Assembly (NCBI GenBank): GCA_951406725.2
Contig: OX597816.1
Span: 160,146,001 to 160,210,000 of the forward strand
DNA: 64,000 nucleotides
From: Octopus vulgaris
Taxonomy: Eukaryota
Direction of reading: 5' to 3'
Position numbers and translations under genes: made by a program. Positions 50,056-62,390 of this stretch are shown one piece after another. The notes beneath the pieces are model-generated. The model was not told the DNA's origin. It saw nothing but the letters and a program-made list of their open reading frames with translations, and searched no databases. Positions within the stretch are counted from its first letter, which is position 1; each line of letters opens with the position of its first letter.

Positions 50056-50295
50056 CATCATCATCATCCATTATTTTGAATCCGGGGTTTGTCCCCGTTA
50101 ACGGGGGTGGCTGGATTTACCTCAATACCATAGCAACCGCCCTCACACCATCTGACCATCTTGCCTGGTTTAAGGCGTCCTCTCTTCTCAAGTCGACCCT
50201 CCCAATCTCCTCCTCCACCTGTCCCCTCCACATTTTCCTTGGTCTACCTTGCTTTCGCTCTGGTAGCGTTGACTTTGAAAGGGATCTCAAGGAGT
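50056..50295 (-). mobile_element. 3' fragment of an RTE-clade LINE
   Basis: RKQGRPRKMWRGQVEEEIGRVDLRREDALNQARWSDGV is a typical RTE C-terminus; very short 3' UTR ending in (GAT)n. Confidence 0.8.
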
Positions 50296-50472
50296 AGCAT
50301 CCCTGCCTTCTTGAGCTAGTTTTCCACCACATTTCTTAAAAATCATAGTAGAGGCCTTGGTCTCGGGACCAATCATGTCTTGAAACTGAGGTTGGGGGTA
50401 AGCAAGGGCATGCTTGTGTTTGGAACATAAATAAACATGAAATTTTGATGCAAGTGGAAAGTTTTACTTTAA

Positions 50473-50694
50473 CCCTTTAGTGTTTGCATTATTCTACCAA
50501 AATTAATGCTTTTTTATCCACATTGTTTTGAACTAATCATTCATTAATCTTGTAGCTTTGAGATTTTGATGAGGTAGCTGTTCATTTTTTAATCGATAAT
50601 GTAGGGTTGGTGTGAGAGACCAAATCTGGCCAGTTTGAACATAAAACAGGCAGAATACTTTTGGCCGGATATGGCCGGTTTAAATGCTAAAGGG
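50473..50694 (+). mobile_element. 222-bp piggyBac-type MITE, nested in another piggyBac-type MITE
   Basis: TTAA|CCCTTTAG...CTAAAGGG|TTAA; near-identical to 60680-60900. Confidence 0.9.
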
Positions 50695-51283
50695 TTAAAT
50701 CATTTTATAAAAGTAACTTTTGTATTATAGAACAAAAGGCATTCTCAGATGGGTTGGAATGAAAAGGGTTTCACGTGTTCTAAATTTAAAACCTTCCATC
50801 AAAGTTACTTGCTAATTTATGTTCTAAACACCATCTTGCTCCGACAGTTATTTTACTAATTTCTTTATCATTTTCAAAATTGATTCAAATAAAAGCAGTG
50901 GTGTATTTTAACAGAAATATTGCAGTGATAGGGTTAAGCTAGTGTCATATGGTTTGAGGGGTATTTGGATGTTATTTCTAGCAGGTCAAGTGACACTATA
51001 CTGGTTCCTTTGTTCCTGTTGTTGTTGTTGTTGGCAGAGATGGTGTCTTCTTTTTGCTCATATTCATATTTTCCTTCATCTTATTCTCTCTAATTTTTCT
51101 TCCTTTTTCTTTTTTCCTTCATTTTTTCCCATTTATTTTCTCTCTTTAATCTCCTTTTTCTTCTTCCTTTTTTACTTCTCTTCTTTTCTATTAAGAACCA
51201 GAGCTAGAATTAACACAGCTGTATCACCTCCTGCAGTTTATTCACAATTCCAAAAGCATTTTTTTTCTTTATTATCATTATCA

Positions 51284-51324
<41 letters not shown>

Positions 51325-51777
51325 TATTATTTACTACTACTACTACTACTCTTCTTATTTTATTTTTTATATTCTGCATAAAGATTGAATCATTAACTCA
51401 ACTGGATAATGACATTTTGATTCCAGTTACACTTGACAGCTCCATACTGGTACTCATTGACTTTTCTGCAAACCCAAGTTCTTTATCTACCACCACCACC
51501 AACAGTAATATGTAACCCTTTCCTTCTTCCATTCACTCCCCATTCTCAAGTACACACTTATTGAAATTTAAACTATTAGAATGACACAAATTTACAGCAG
51601 ACTGTGGATTTGATGTAATTCTTTTTAACTTCCTTCCTTTTTCTTTTTTTGTCTCTCTACCCTTCTTTTTTTCTTCTCTTGCTCTCTTCTCTCTCTTTTC
51701 CTCCCCCATTTCTCTCTCTTTCTCTCTCTCTCTCTTTCTCAATTTCTTCATATGCAAGAATTTATGTGTGTGCATGT

Positions 51778-51921
51778 CAAGTGATCATCAGAGCTTCGAG
51801 GATAACACTGAATGACACTCTCAAATTCTACGGCCAAATACCAGGAACTAAAAGATACCAGAACTGCAAAAAAATTGTCCTTCTGAGTACTGCCCACATC
51901 TTAAGAAAAACATTGTCAATA
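51778..51921 (+). mobile_element. R4/Dong-like LINE ORF end; probable 3' UTR displaced to ~53145-53268 by SINE insertions
   Basis: QVIIRASRITLNDTLKFYGQIPGTKRYQNCKKIVLLSTAHILRKTLS matches the R4/Dong C-terminus; 53145-53268 ends in (AAT)n. Confidence 0.7.
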
Positions 51922-52675
51922 GGCAATGTAGTGTGTAGTAAGAAGTTTGCTTCCCAACTGCGTGGTTCTGGGTTCAGATCCAGTGTGTGGCACCTTGGGC
52001 AAGTGTCTTCTACTATAGCCCCAGGCTGACTAAAGCTTTGTGAGCGGATTTGAGGGATGGAAACTGAAAGAAGCCCATCATATTGGTGGCACTCTGTTGG
52101 TTGTGAGGACAAAGGTTCCTGTTGATCCTGTCAATGGAACAGCCTGCTCTTGAAATTAACGTTCAAGTGGCTGAGCAATCCACAGACACGTGTACCCTTA
52201 ATGTAGTTCTCGGGGAGATTCCACGTGACACAGTGTGTGGCAAGGCTGACCCTTTGAAATACAGGTACAACAGAAACAGGATGAAAGAGTGAGAGAAAAT
52301 TGTGGTGAAAGAGTACAGCAGGGTTCGCCACTCCGCCCCCTGCCGGAACCACGTCGAGCTTTAGGTGTTTTCACTCAACACTCACAACACCCGGTCTGGG
52401 AATCGAAACTGATCCTACGACCGAGTCCACTGCCCTAACCACTGGGCCATTGCACCTCCACCCAATCATATATATATGTGTGTGTATGTCTCCTATCACT
52501 GCTTGACAACTGATGTTGGTTTGTTTATGTCCCTGTAACTTAGAAGTTCAACAAAAGAAACTGATTGAATACGGCTTAAAAAAAAAGTACTGAGGTTGAT
52601 TCATTTGACTAATATGAGGTGGTGCTCCAGAATGGTGACAGTCAAATGACTGAAACAAGTAAAAGATGAAAGATA
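51922..52675 (+). mobile_element. SINE A split by an antisense family C insertion (52085-52460) at its internal microsatellite
   Basis: A head 51922-52080, C on the minus strand, A tail 52468-52675; approximate TSD cccatcatat / ccaatcatat. Confidence 0.85.
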
Positions 52676-52759
52676 GCTGATGCTCTTAAGACTCTTTCAA
52701 AACTGAAATGTTAATAATTTAATAGAATCTTCTCAGGTTCTGGTCTCCTTTCCCTATAT

Positions 52760-53140
52760 TCTTTTATTTGTTTCAGTCATTTGATTGCAGCTATACTGGA
52801 GCACTGCCTTTAGTTGAACAAACTGACCCCAGGACTTATTCTTTGTAAGCCTAGTATTTATTCTATTGGTCCCTTTTGCCAAACTGCTATGTTACAGGCA
52901 TGTAAACACACCTACATTGGTTTTCAAGCAATGGTGGAGGACAAACACAGACACACAAACATATACATATACATACAAATATATATATATATATATATAT
53001 ATACGACAAGCTTCTTTCAGTTTCCATCTACCAAATCCACTCACAAGGCTTTGGTCGGCCTGCAGCTATAGTCAAGGACACTTGCCCATGGTTCTACGCA
53101 GTGGGACTGAACCCGAAACCATGTGGTTGGTAAGCAAGCT
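52760..53140 (-). mobile_element. SINE family A
   Basis: Tail, microsatellite and most of the head. Confidence 0.88.
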
Positions 53141-53267
53141 ATCATTGCTAAACATAAATAACTCTCACATTAAAGCATACCACTTACTGATACTTGAAGC
53201 CTCTGGGTGAGACTTCGAACAGCTCGAATAAAACAAAGCAATGAGAATGTAAATAATAATAATAATA

Positions 53268-53660
53268 ATCCTTTCTACTATAGGCACAAGGCCTGAAATT
53301 TGGGGGAGAGAGCTAGTTGATTACATCGACCCCAGTGCTTGACTAGTATTTAATTTATTGATCCCAAAAGGATGAAAGGCAAAGTCGACCTCGGGTGAAA
53401 TACTGCTAAGCATTTTGCCTGGCGTGCTAATGATTCTGCCGGCTCGCTGCCAAAGATTTCAAATTTTTTGTCACAAGGGCAGCTTGGGAGGAGGACTGAG
53501 TTGATTACATTGACCTCAATGTTCAACTGGTACTTAATTTATCGACCCCAACAGGATGAAAGGCAAAGTTGACCTTGGTGGAATTTGAATTCAGAACGTA
53601 ACAACAGGTGAAATAGTGCTAAGCATTTCATCCAGTGCGCTAATGATTCTGCCAGTGATT
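53268..53660 (-). mobile_element. Two tandem SINE family B copies
   Basis: Match to the family B consensus. Confidence 0.85.
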
Positions 53661-53681
53661 AATATAAAATCATCATCATCA

Positions 53682-54075
53682 TAGGCACAGGAGTGGTTGT
53701 GTGGTAAGTAGCTTGCTTACCAACCACATGGTTCCGGGTTCATTTCTACTATGTGGCACCTTGGGCAAGTTTCTTCTACTATAGCCTCGAGCCAATCAAG
53801 GCCTTGTGAGTGGATTTGGTAGATGGCACCTCCACCCAATCATATATATATATGTGTGTGTGTGTATGGTGTGTGTCTCCCATCACTGCTTGACAACTGA
53901 TGTTGGTTTGTTTATGTCCCTGTAACTTAGTAGTTCAGCAAAAGAAACTGATTGAATAAGGCTTAAAAAAAAAAGTACTGAGGTTGATTTGTTCGACTAA
54001 TACTTCTTCAAGGTGGTGCTGCAGAATGGTGACAGTCAAATGACTGAAACAAGTACAAGAGTAAAGAGTAAGAGT
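53682..54075 (+). mobile_element. Chimeric SINE A whose 3' half was copied from 52452-52665
   Basis: Shares the junction gcacctccacccaatcatatat and private variants with the 52.5-kb copy. Confidence 0.8.
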
Positions 54076-55024
54076 ATCATCAGCATCTTTTAATGTCCAT
54101 CTTCCTTGCTGGCATGGGTTGGACAGTTTGACAGAATCTGACAGGTTCTAACGACTGTGTCATGTTCCAGTTGTCTGTTTTGGCATGGTTTCTCTACTGC
54201 TAGCTGCCCTTTCTAATGTCAATCACTTTACAGTGTGGACAGGGTGTTTTTTTTTTTCCTGCCACCAACACTAGTGAGGCAACCATGCAACTTACAAGAC
54301 TACCAGCTGCATTGCAACCTCACATATGATGGTAGTACAAATAAATAAATACATAAAATACAAACACAAAAAAAAACTGTGACCACTGACCACTTGATCA
54401 AGGGTTCAATCTGTATCACATAAAAAAAATCATCTTATGACTGGATATCTTATCAGCTACTAACCATTCAGCTGTGAACTGGGAGTGGAACCTGTTTGTT
54501 GGTCTAAAAGACTGAAGCAATTCACTATTTTCTACTTATTTTGCCAGTATGATGTCTGGAAGTTTTTTTTTACACAGCGCATGGAGAAGAAATCATTTAA
54601 TCCTGTTTTTCGATGAATATTGATCAGTTACTGATAGAATATTGATCAGTAACTGATAGAGATATTGTTTCAGTTTTCTTTTTCTGCTTTTCATTACAAA
54701 TTCCTGATTTGTAGCGAAAGATCTCAGAATGATATGGTTTCCATTTAATTTTGTTCATATACCATTTTTAAATGGGAAAATGGATATTCTGCTGGTGTTA
54801 TTATTGTTGATGAAGAAGTGTAAAAAAAAAAATTCCATCCTCCTCTTCTCAGATCATAGAAACACACACGCATGTGTGTATGTGTGTATATACATACACA
54901 CTCACTGTCTCCTTCTCATACATAGATGTTCATGTATACCCACTACTATATATATATGTGTGTGTGGTGTATACATATATATTTCTACACACACGACGTG
55001 TGTGTGTATTATGTGTGCATTATA

Positions 55025-55089
<65 letters not shown>

Positions 55090-55471
55090 TAATATAACTA
55101 GATGGATGAAATTGCTTCCGAAATTGTAATTTTGTAAAAAAAAGAGTTGTAAAACTAAAACATTGTAAGAGAGGAAAAAAGTATGTAAGTATGAAAACAG
55201 ATCTTGAAGATAGATATGAATGAAACAGAAAGTGGAAATGAAAGCCTGAAGTAAAAAAATCAAGATATAGAGAAAGAAGAGCAGGATTAATTAGTTTGTA
55301 ATTAATGTTAATGGCAACTCCCATTTAGCTTCAGTTGATTTCATCTCTCTCTGTTCCTTTTTTTAATTTTTTTACCAGCCTTTCCATTCAACATTTTCCA
55401 TCCTCTACTCCCTCACATACTTGTACTCTTCCTGCCACTCCTATAGTGAATCATCTAGTGATTGTTTTAAT

Positions 55472-55690
55472 AATCCTTTCTAGTATAGACACAAGGCCTG
55501 AAATTTGTGGGGAGTGGCTAAGTCGATTACATCGACCCCAGTGTGTAACTGGTACTTATTTTATTGACCCCAAAAGGATGAAAGGCAAAGTCGACCTCGG
55601 TGGAATTTGAACTCAGAACGTAAAAGACAAGCACAATATCGATAAGCATTTCATCCAATGTGCTAATGATTCTGCCGGCTCACCACTTTC
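55472..55690 (-). mobile_element. SINE family B
   Basis: Complete copy just downstream (minus strand) of the tRNA-Lys copy. Confidence 0.88.
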
Positions 55691-55715
55691 AAAATAACAC
55701 AAAGAAAATGTCATT

Positions 55716-55788
55716 CGTCCAGCGTGGGGCTCGAACTCATGACCCCGAGATTAAGAGTCTTACGCTCTACTGACTGAGCTAGCAGAGT
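55716..55788 (-). tRNA. tRNA-Lys(CTT) copy, probably a pseudogene
   Basis: Reverse complement ACTCTGC TA GCTC AGTCAGTA GAGC G TAAGA CTCTTAA TCTCG GGGTC ATGAG TTCGAGC CCCAC GCTGGAC G: 73 nt, colinear with eukaryotic tRNA-Lys-CTT; acceptor, anticodon and T stems contain mismatches. Confidence 0.9.
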
Positions 55789-55798
55789 TGCTTGTGTG

Positions 55799-55916
55799 AA
55801 ATGCTTACAGCACCTAAGTTTCTCAAGCAGTCACCCATCTAAGTACTCACGAGGCTCAACATTGCTTAACTCCGATGATCGGACGGGAACTGGTATTTTC
55901 ATCATGATATGGCTGT
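55799..55916 (-). rRNA. 5S rRNA copy, probably a pseudogene (first ~4 nt altered)
   Basis: Reverse complement acagccatatcatgatgaaaataccagttcccgtccgatcatcggagttaagcaatgttgagcctcgtgagtacttagatgggtgactgcttgagaaacttaggtgctgtaagcatt is colinear with metazoan 5S, including box A (agttaagc) and box C (gatgggtgac); many CpG-type transitions. Confidence 0.9.
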
Positions 55917-56201
55917 TTTAATAATGTCAGGCAGGAAATGTACCATGCTTTCTCATTATCAATAATTTGTTATTACTAAACAACAAAATGTTAATAACTA
56001 ATTACTAAACAATTAGCGAAAGCAACTAATTGTTGTTTGTAGATGCTATACCAATGGAATTCTTCCATTCACAACTTATATTATGAATTTATTAAAATTC
56101 TTTTTTTATTATTATTAACCAAAATTTCATGATCAAATAAAATTTGCATTGTTAGTCATCCATATCTGTTATTAATATAATCATGCCAAAAATATACTCA
56201 T

Positions 56202-56643
56202 AGGTGCAGGAGTGGCTGTGTGGTAAGAAGCTTGCTTCCCAACCACATAGTCCTGGTTTCAGTCCCAGTGTGTGGCACTTTGGTCTTCTGTTATAGCCTT
56301 GGGCCAACCAAACCCTTGAGAGTGGATTTAGTAGACAGAAACTGAAAAGGGTCAATCATATATATGTATATATATAAGTAATTTTGAGAAAAGTCATCTT
56401 TTAATTTAAATTAAAAGCTGACTCTTTTAATATTTTTTTTTTATAATACTTGTTTCAGTCCGTTGACTGCGGCCATGCTGGAGCACCACCTTTAGTCGAG
56501 CAACTCGACCCCGGGACTTATTCTTTGTAAGCCCAGTACTTATTCTATTGGTCTCTTTTGCCGAACCGCTAAGTGACGGGGACATAAACACACCAGCATC
56601 GGTTGTCAAGCAATGCTAAGGGGACAAACACAGACACGCAAAC

Positions 56644-56675
<32 letters not shown>

Positions 56676-56833
56676 GTACGATGGGCTTCTTTCAGTTTCC
56701 GTTTACCAAATCCACTCACAAGGCTTTGGTCGGCCCATGGCTATAGTAGAAGACACTTGCCCAAGGTGCCACGCATTGGGACTGAACCTGGAACCATGTG
56801 GTTGGTAAGCAAGCTACTTACCACACAGCCACT
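56202..56833. mobile_element. SINE A head (+, 56202-56350) and full SINE A (-, 56446-56833)
   Basis: Match to the family A consensus. Confidence 0.88.
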
Positions 56834-58197
56834 CCATACTGAGATATAATTAAAATGTTGCTCTATCTGCTTAATGAATTGGCTAAACTCCATGAGATCC
56901 CACTGTACTCTCCTAATAAAAAGATAAGATACATTGACTTGTGCAGTCTTAGGATGTATGAAAAGATGTGGTGGTCACTACTGGAATGTCTTTCATCATA
57001 AGTCTGCTGAATCAAGACTGAAAAGTGGCTAAATACTTTGGTAAACCCTACATTTTGATTTTAATTTTTAAAGCTTGGTTATTCATGCCATTAAAGTACA
57101 ACATTTTGTTTGACTGTGGGGCCCTAAATGATGTCTTTGACAGCATTTGAACTAGGACCAAAAGGATCATATGATAAACCTTGTAGACCAGAAGACCATT
57201 CAGCTACTCATCACTGCTGAAATCTGATAAAATTGGCACCAGCTATTAATGTAGCCAGATTAAGAAAAAAGCTGAATAAGAAATAGGTTCATTTCTTTCA
57301 TTTTCAGGGTGGGGAGTTGGGGGTTGGTGTGTTTCTTGTCTTTCTTTCTTTCTTTCTTCTTGCATTTTTTTTTTGTTTGTTTTGAGAAAGCCATTATAAT
57401 GAGACTGTGTTCCTTGTAATTATTTTTGGCACTAAAGGAATGGTTTGTTTTGGTTGAGTAGCTAGGATAAGATGGTTGACTGATGGCTAATGACCTTATG
57501 ATGAACTAGTGTTGCCTGTACAGCTCTTCTGGTGGTAAAGAGATAGAGATAGAGGGAGAGAAAGAGAGAATCAGTGAGTGAAACAGAGGTGAAGCTAAGA
57601 GAAAGAAAGAGAAAACTGTTGAGTGGGGGAGTGAAAAAGTGGTAGGAAAAAATAGTTTGTTAGATAAAGGCATTTTATCCCTTTTATTTCATTAACCATT
57701 AAATTCCTTGCAAAGACTTTCTTGATTTGTTTGTCTTCTTTTCTTTTTGTTTTGATGGCTAGGAAAGCTTGCAGAAATGGCTAAATTAAATAGATTATAA
57801 TATTCTAGTTTCTAATACAATCCTCAACATCCTTTTACTAATACAACATGGAAACAATTGTAGCATTCCAATTAGTTTTTGATATTTCATTGTGTATCAT
57901 CCTCCTGATTTTCTGTGTTACATGTTGTAGATGTGATAAACCACCCTTTTACAGTTTTTTTTTTTGTTTTTCTTGCTAATTCTTCTGTCAAAAAGCAAGT
58001 TCTTAACATCTTTCAACTATTCCAAGTTGTTCTGTGTCTTAAGAAAGCATTCTAATTCATTCTTTCCTTGAACCTCTCTCACTAATCCAGTATTCTTTCT
58101 ATATTCCTCTATCACTGCCATTGATGTTTGGAATGGAATCTTCAGAGGTTAATTTGAAACAGTACTGATAAACTGCCATAAAATGCTAATTGGATAG

Positions 58198-58550
58198 GCA
58201 GGGCTGTGGGTCTCAACCATTTTTTGCCTATGGACTCCTTTGGTTCCTATTTTCTCTTCTAGACCCCCCATAACTTTTCAGTGTTTAAAAGGAGTGGCTG
58301 TGTGGTAAGTAGCTTGCATACCAACCACTTGTCTTCTACTATAGCCTCAGGCCGACCAAAGCCTTGTGAGTGGATTTGGTAGACAGAAACTGAAAGAAGC
58401 CTGGACTTTGTAAGCTTGGTGCTTATTCTATCGAATGCTTCTGCTGAACTGCAAAGTTATGGGGACGTAAAAACACCAACATTGGTTGTCAAGCAATGGT
58501 GGGTAGAACAAACACACATAAATATATACATATCTATCTTACTATTTATA

Positions 58551-58584
<34 letters not shown>

Positions 58585-58968
58585 AATATATACGACAGGC
58601 TTCTTTCAGTATATATATATATATGTTTGTGTGTGTCCCCCAACATCGCTTGACAACTGGTGCTGGTGTGTTTACATCCCGGTAACTTAGCGGTTCGGCA
58701 AAAGAGACTGATAGAATAAGTACTATGCTTTCAAAGAATAAGTCCTGGGGTCAATTCGCTCGACTAAAGGCGTTGCTCCAGCATGGCCGCAATCAAAATG
58801 ACTGAAACAAGTAAAAGTGTAAAGAGTTAAAAGAGTATTCTTATTATCAAATATTATTAGGAATTGTATTACAAAAATTGCTGAAATATTTTGTGTGTTG
58901 GAGAAGTATTACCAATATATTCCGTGTATGAATGGAATCTAATATGGACCCCAGTTGAGAATCACCAA
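58198..58968. mobile_element. hAT-type MITE split by a rearranged SINE A (58291-58837)
   Basis: Ends ..gtctcaaccattttttgcctatggac and atggaccccagttgagaatcac; same family as 60592-61204. Confidence 0.65.
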
Positions 58969-59273
58969 TGTAGAACAATGGGGGATGAAATGCCTTTCTT
59001 TACATGTTTTTAAATTGGGATTCAAATTTTGTGGAGGTCAAATCAACTTCGTCTTTTATCCTCTTGGGGTCAATAAAATAGAGTACAGTCAAGTACTGGT
59101 CTTGATATATCATACTCTTCACTTGGTTCTGGGTTCAGTCCCACTGTACTGCATGGTATCTTAGGCAAGTGTTTTCTACTGTAGCCCCAACCTTCTGTGT
59201 GGCTGTCAAGCAATGGTGTGGGGGCAAATGCAAACATATCCACACATATATGATAGACTTCCACACAGTTTCT

Positions 59274-59503
59274 TATTTCTTTATTACCCACAAGGGGCTA
59301 AACATAGAGGGGGACAAACAAGGATAGACAAAGGGATTAAGTTGATTACATTGACCCTAGTGTGTAACTGGTACTTAATTTATCAACCCTGAAAGGAGGA
59401 AAGGCAATGTCGACCTTGGCAGAATTTGAACTCAGAATGCAATGGCAGACAAAATACCACTAAGCATTTTGTTGGCATGCTAACGTTTCTGCTAGCTCGC
59501 CAC
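59274..59503 (-). mobile_element. SINE family B (long tail) with a 16-bp TSD, inserted in a minus-strand SINE A
   Basis: cttccacacagtttct at 59258-59273 and 59504-59519. Confidence 0.9.
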
Positions 59504-60094
59504 CTTCCACACAGTTTCTATGTATCAAATTCACTTACAAGGCATTAGTTGACCCAAGTCTATGGTAGGTGCTGTGCAGTGGGACTGAACCCAAAGCCAT
59601 GTGGTTGTAAAGCAAGCTTCTAAACCACACAGCCATGCTCATGCCTACCATTAGCAAACTTATTTTTGTATCTCACCAGTGTTAAGTACCAGAGGGAAAG
59701 CCAGAAACTCTACACTATCTTTAGCGAATTTGTGGTTTTGTAACAATGTGAAGAGCTCTTAATTTTATTATCATTGTAAGAGTGGTAGATTGGCAGAATT
59801 AGTTAAATGTTGGACGCTTGTGGTATTTGGTTATGCTACTTTACATTCTCTCTTCAAATTCTGATCATACTTGACTTTCCATAATTCCAAGATCAATAAA
59901 ATAAATACCACTCAAGCATTAAGACAAGCTCTACTTAACTGGTTCCTCCATCCAAAATAAACATTTGTATTAGAAAGCTTTCCTTATTGGTGTTGTTGCA
60001 GTTGTAGAGATGCAGTAATCCTCTCCTTAAGTTAACCACTGGATTTACTTGAGTATCTTTTTCTTCAGTCTCATGCCTATAGGCATCCATCACT

Positions 60095-60318
60095 CTCTCT
60101 CTTTTACTTGTTTCAGTCATTTGACTGTGGACATGCTGGAGCACCGCCTTTAGTCGAGCAAATCGACCCCAGGACTTATTCTTTGTAAGCCTAGTACTTA
60201 TTCTATCAGTTTGTTTTGCCGCACCGCTAAGTTATGGGGACATAAACACACCAGCATCAGTTGTCAAGCAATGTTGGGGGGACAAACACAGGCACACAAA
60301 CATATACACTCACACACA

Positions 60319-60369
<51 letters not shown>

Positions 60370-60500
60370 GTCTACCAAATCCACTCACAAGGCTTTGGTT
60401 GGCCTGAGGCTATAGTAGAAGACACTTGCCTAAGGTGCCACGCAGTGGGACTGAACCCAGAACCATGTGGTTGGTAAGCAAGCGACTTACCACACAGTCA
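60095..60500 (-). mobile_element. SINE family A
   Basis: Match to the family A consensus. Confidence 0.9.
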
Positions 60501-60591
60501 CAAGGATTTCTGTGCCAAAGTCTGAAGGTCCTTGATTTTTCTTGGGAAATGTACTGCCATGGTTTCCTGTTATCTTCTGCTGGTTTGTTTA

Positions 60592-61204
60592 CAGTAGTGT
60601 TTCTCAACCATATTTACCTATGGACCCCTTTAATTTCTGTTTTATTCTGGTGAACTCCCATCGCCATTCAAATGTTTAACCCTTTAGTGTTCGCATTATT
60701 CTACCAAAATTAATCCTTTTTTATCCACATTGTTTTGAACTAATCAGGCATTATCTTGTAGCTTTGAGATTTTGATGAGGTAGCTGTTAATTTTTAAAAC
60801 GACATTGTAGGGTTGGTGTGAGAGACCAGATCTGGCCAGTTTGGACATAAACCAGGCAGAATACTTTTGGCCGGATATGGCCGGTTTAAATGCTAAAGGG
60901 TTAAAGATCAGTTTTATAGATACTTCTTTCAAAATTCTTATTTTGTCTTTTACATATTCACTTGTATAGGTTTGCAATAGAACTCTTTGAGAGAACATGT
61001 GTTCCAGTGGCCAGAAACATGTTGAAGGATGTAGAATGTTAAAGAAAGAAACCTACTTGTTTCTTGCAATATCTGAAATAAAATTTTTGTATGAACACTC
61101 AAAATGCTGCTGAGGATCACCAATTTGCTATTTTGTTTCCAGGGACTCCACAAAATCTTATATGGACTCTTAGGAGTATTATGAACCCTGGTTGAAAACC
61201 ACTG
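60592..61204. mobile_element. hAT-type MITE containing a 221-bp piggyBac-type MITE (60680-60900)
   Basis: TIR-like agtgtttctcaacc / ggttgaaaaccactg; inner element bounded by TTAA|CCC...GGG|TTAA. Confidence 0.8.
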
Positions 61205-61944
61205 TCACTAATAATTAATTCTGTTTATATAGGTTTCAAACACCAGCTTAATGACAAAATTATTTTAGTAAATTCTTCATTATTATAGAAATTAATTGAA
61301 ACAAAGGCAATATATTTCAACAGAAATATAATAATAAGAAAATGTTTGAAGAATCAATCTTTGGTAACTCTGATTTTAGAAAACAGTTTATTTCAACATT
61401 TATCAGTTGATCCCTTAATATGATAACAGTATAGATTGGTGGTAGTGGAGTGTGTAACAAATATGCTTACAAGGGAAACCCAGTTAAATGAAATAATAAG
61501 GGTGGAAATTAATATTATTAAATAATACCGATTTGAAACAGTGGTCAGCATACATTAAAAAAATGCCCAAAAACTGTGAATTATATTTAAATATTAATAA
61601 GAGGAGAGACCACTAAGTGGATCCCTTGCATGCTAAAAATAGCCGTCAAACCTCCTACTGCGAAATATGTGTTCTCAAATTAGCATGACACTAGATGTTT
61701 ACGAGCTAGACAAATGAAAACAAATAAACATAACACTTAATTCCAAACCTTAAATCAATTAATTATAAATTAGTTTAGTGATAAAAGGCCAGAGGTTAGC
61801 TGATAAGTAAAGCAAAGCCAGACAAGATGCATGGTGTTTCAAATCCACTGGAGTCACATTCAATTAAACATTTGTTCACCATAAATGGAGAACCAGAAAC
61901 TTTGAATAACAGAAATGAAAATGAAACCTATTTTTCGCCTTTTA

Positions 61945-62312
61945 GTTTTTACTTGTTTTGGTCATAAGACTGCGGTCATGCTGCAGCACTGCCGTGAAGA
62001 ATTTTTTAGCTGAACAAATCGATCTCAGTACTTGCTTTATGTTTCTAAGCCTGGTACTTATTTTATCAGTCTTTTTTGCTGAACCACTAAGTTAGAGAGG
62101 TGTAAACGAAGCTATACCAGTTGTCAAGCGATGGTAGGTGACAAACATAGGCTAAAACACACACATACAGAGTTTCTTTCGGTTTCCGTCTTCTGACTCC
62201 ACTCACAAGGCTTTTGATGGCCCAAGGCTATAATAGAAGACAGTTGCCTAAGGTGCCATATTGTGGGACTGATCCTGGAACCGTGTGGTTCATAAGCAAG
62301 CTACTTACCACA
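61945..62312 (-). mobile_element. SINE family A, diverged
   Basis: Recognisable tail and head. Confidence 0.8.
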
Positions 62313-62338
62313 TGATGGTATTGGAGTTAATTTATGCA

Positions 62339-62390
<52 letters not shown>

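Noticed and set aside
54615-54660. 22-bp tandem duplication containing the palindrome atcag(t/a)ctgat-like core
   Set aside because: Explained by a simple local duplication; no evidence of function.
57370-57540. Repeat-free stretch with TAAT/ATTA motifs suggesting an enhancer (also 51380-51480)
   Set aside because: Such short motifs are expected by chance in AT-rich DNA; needs cross-species conservation data.
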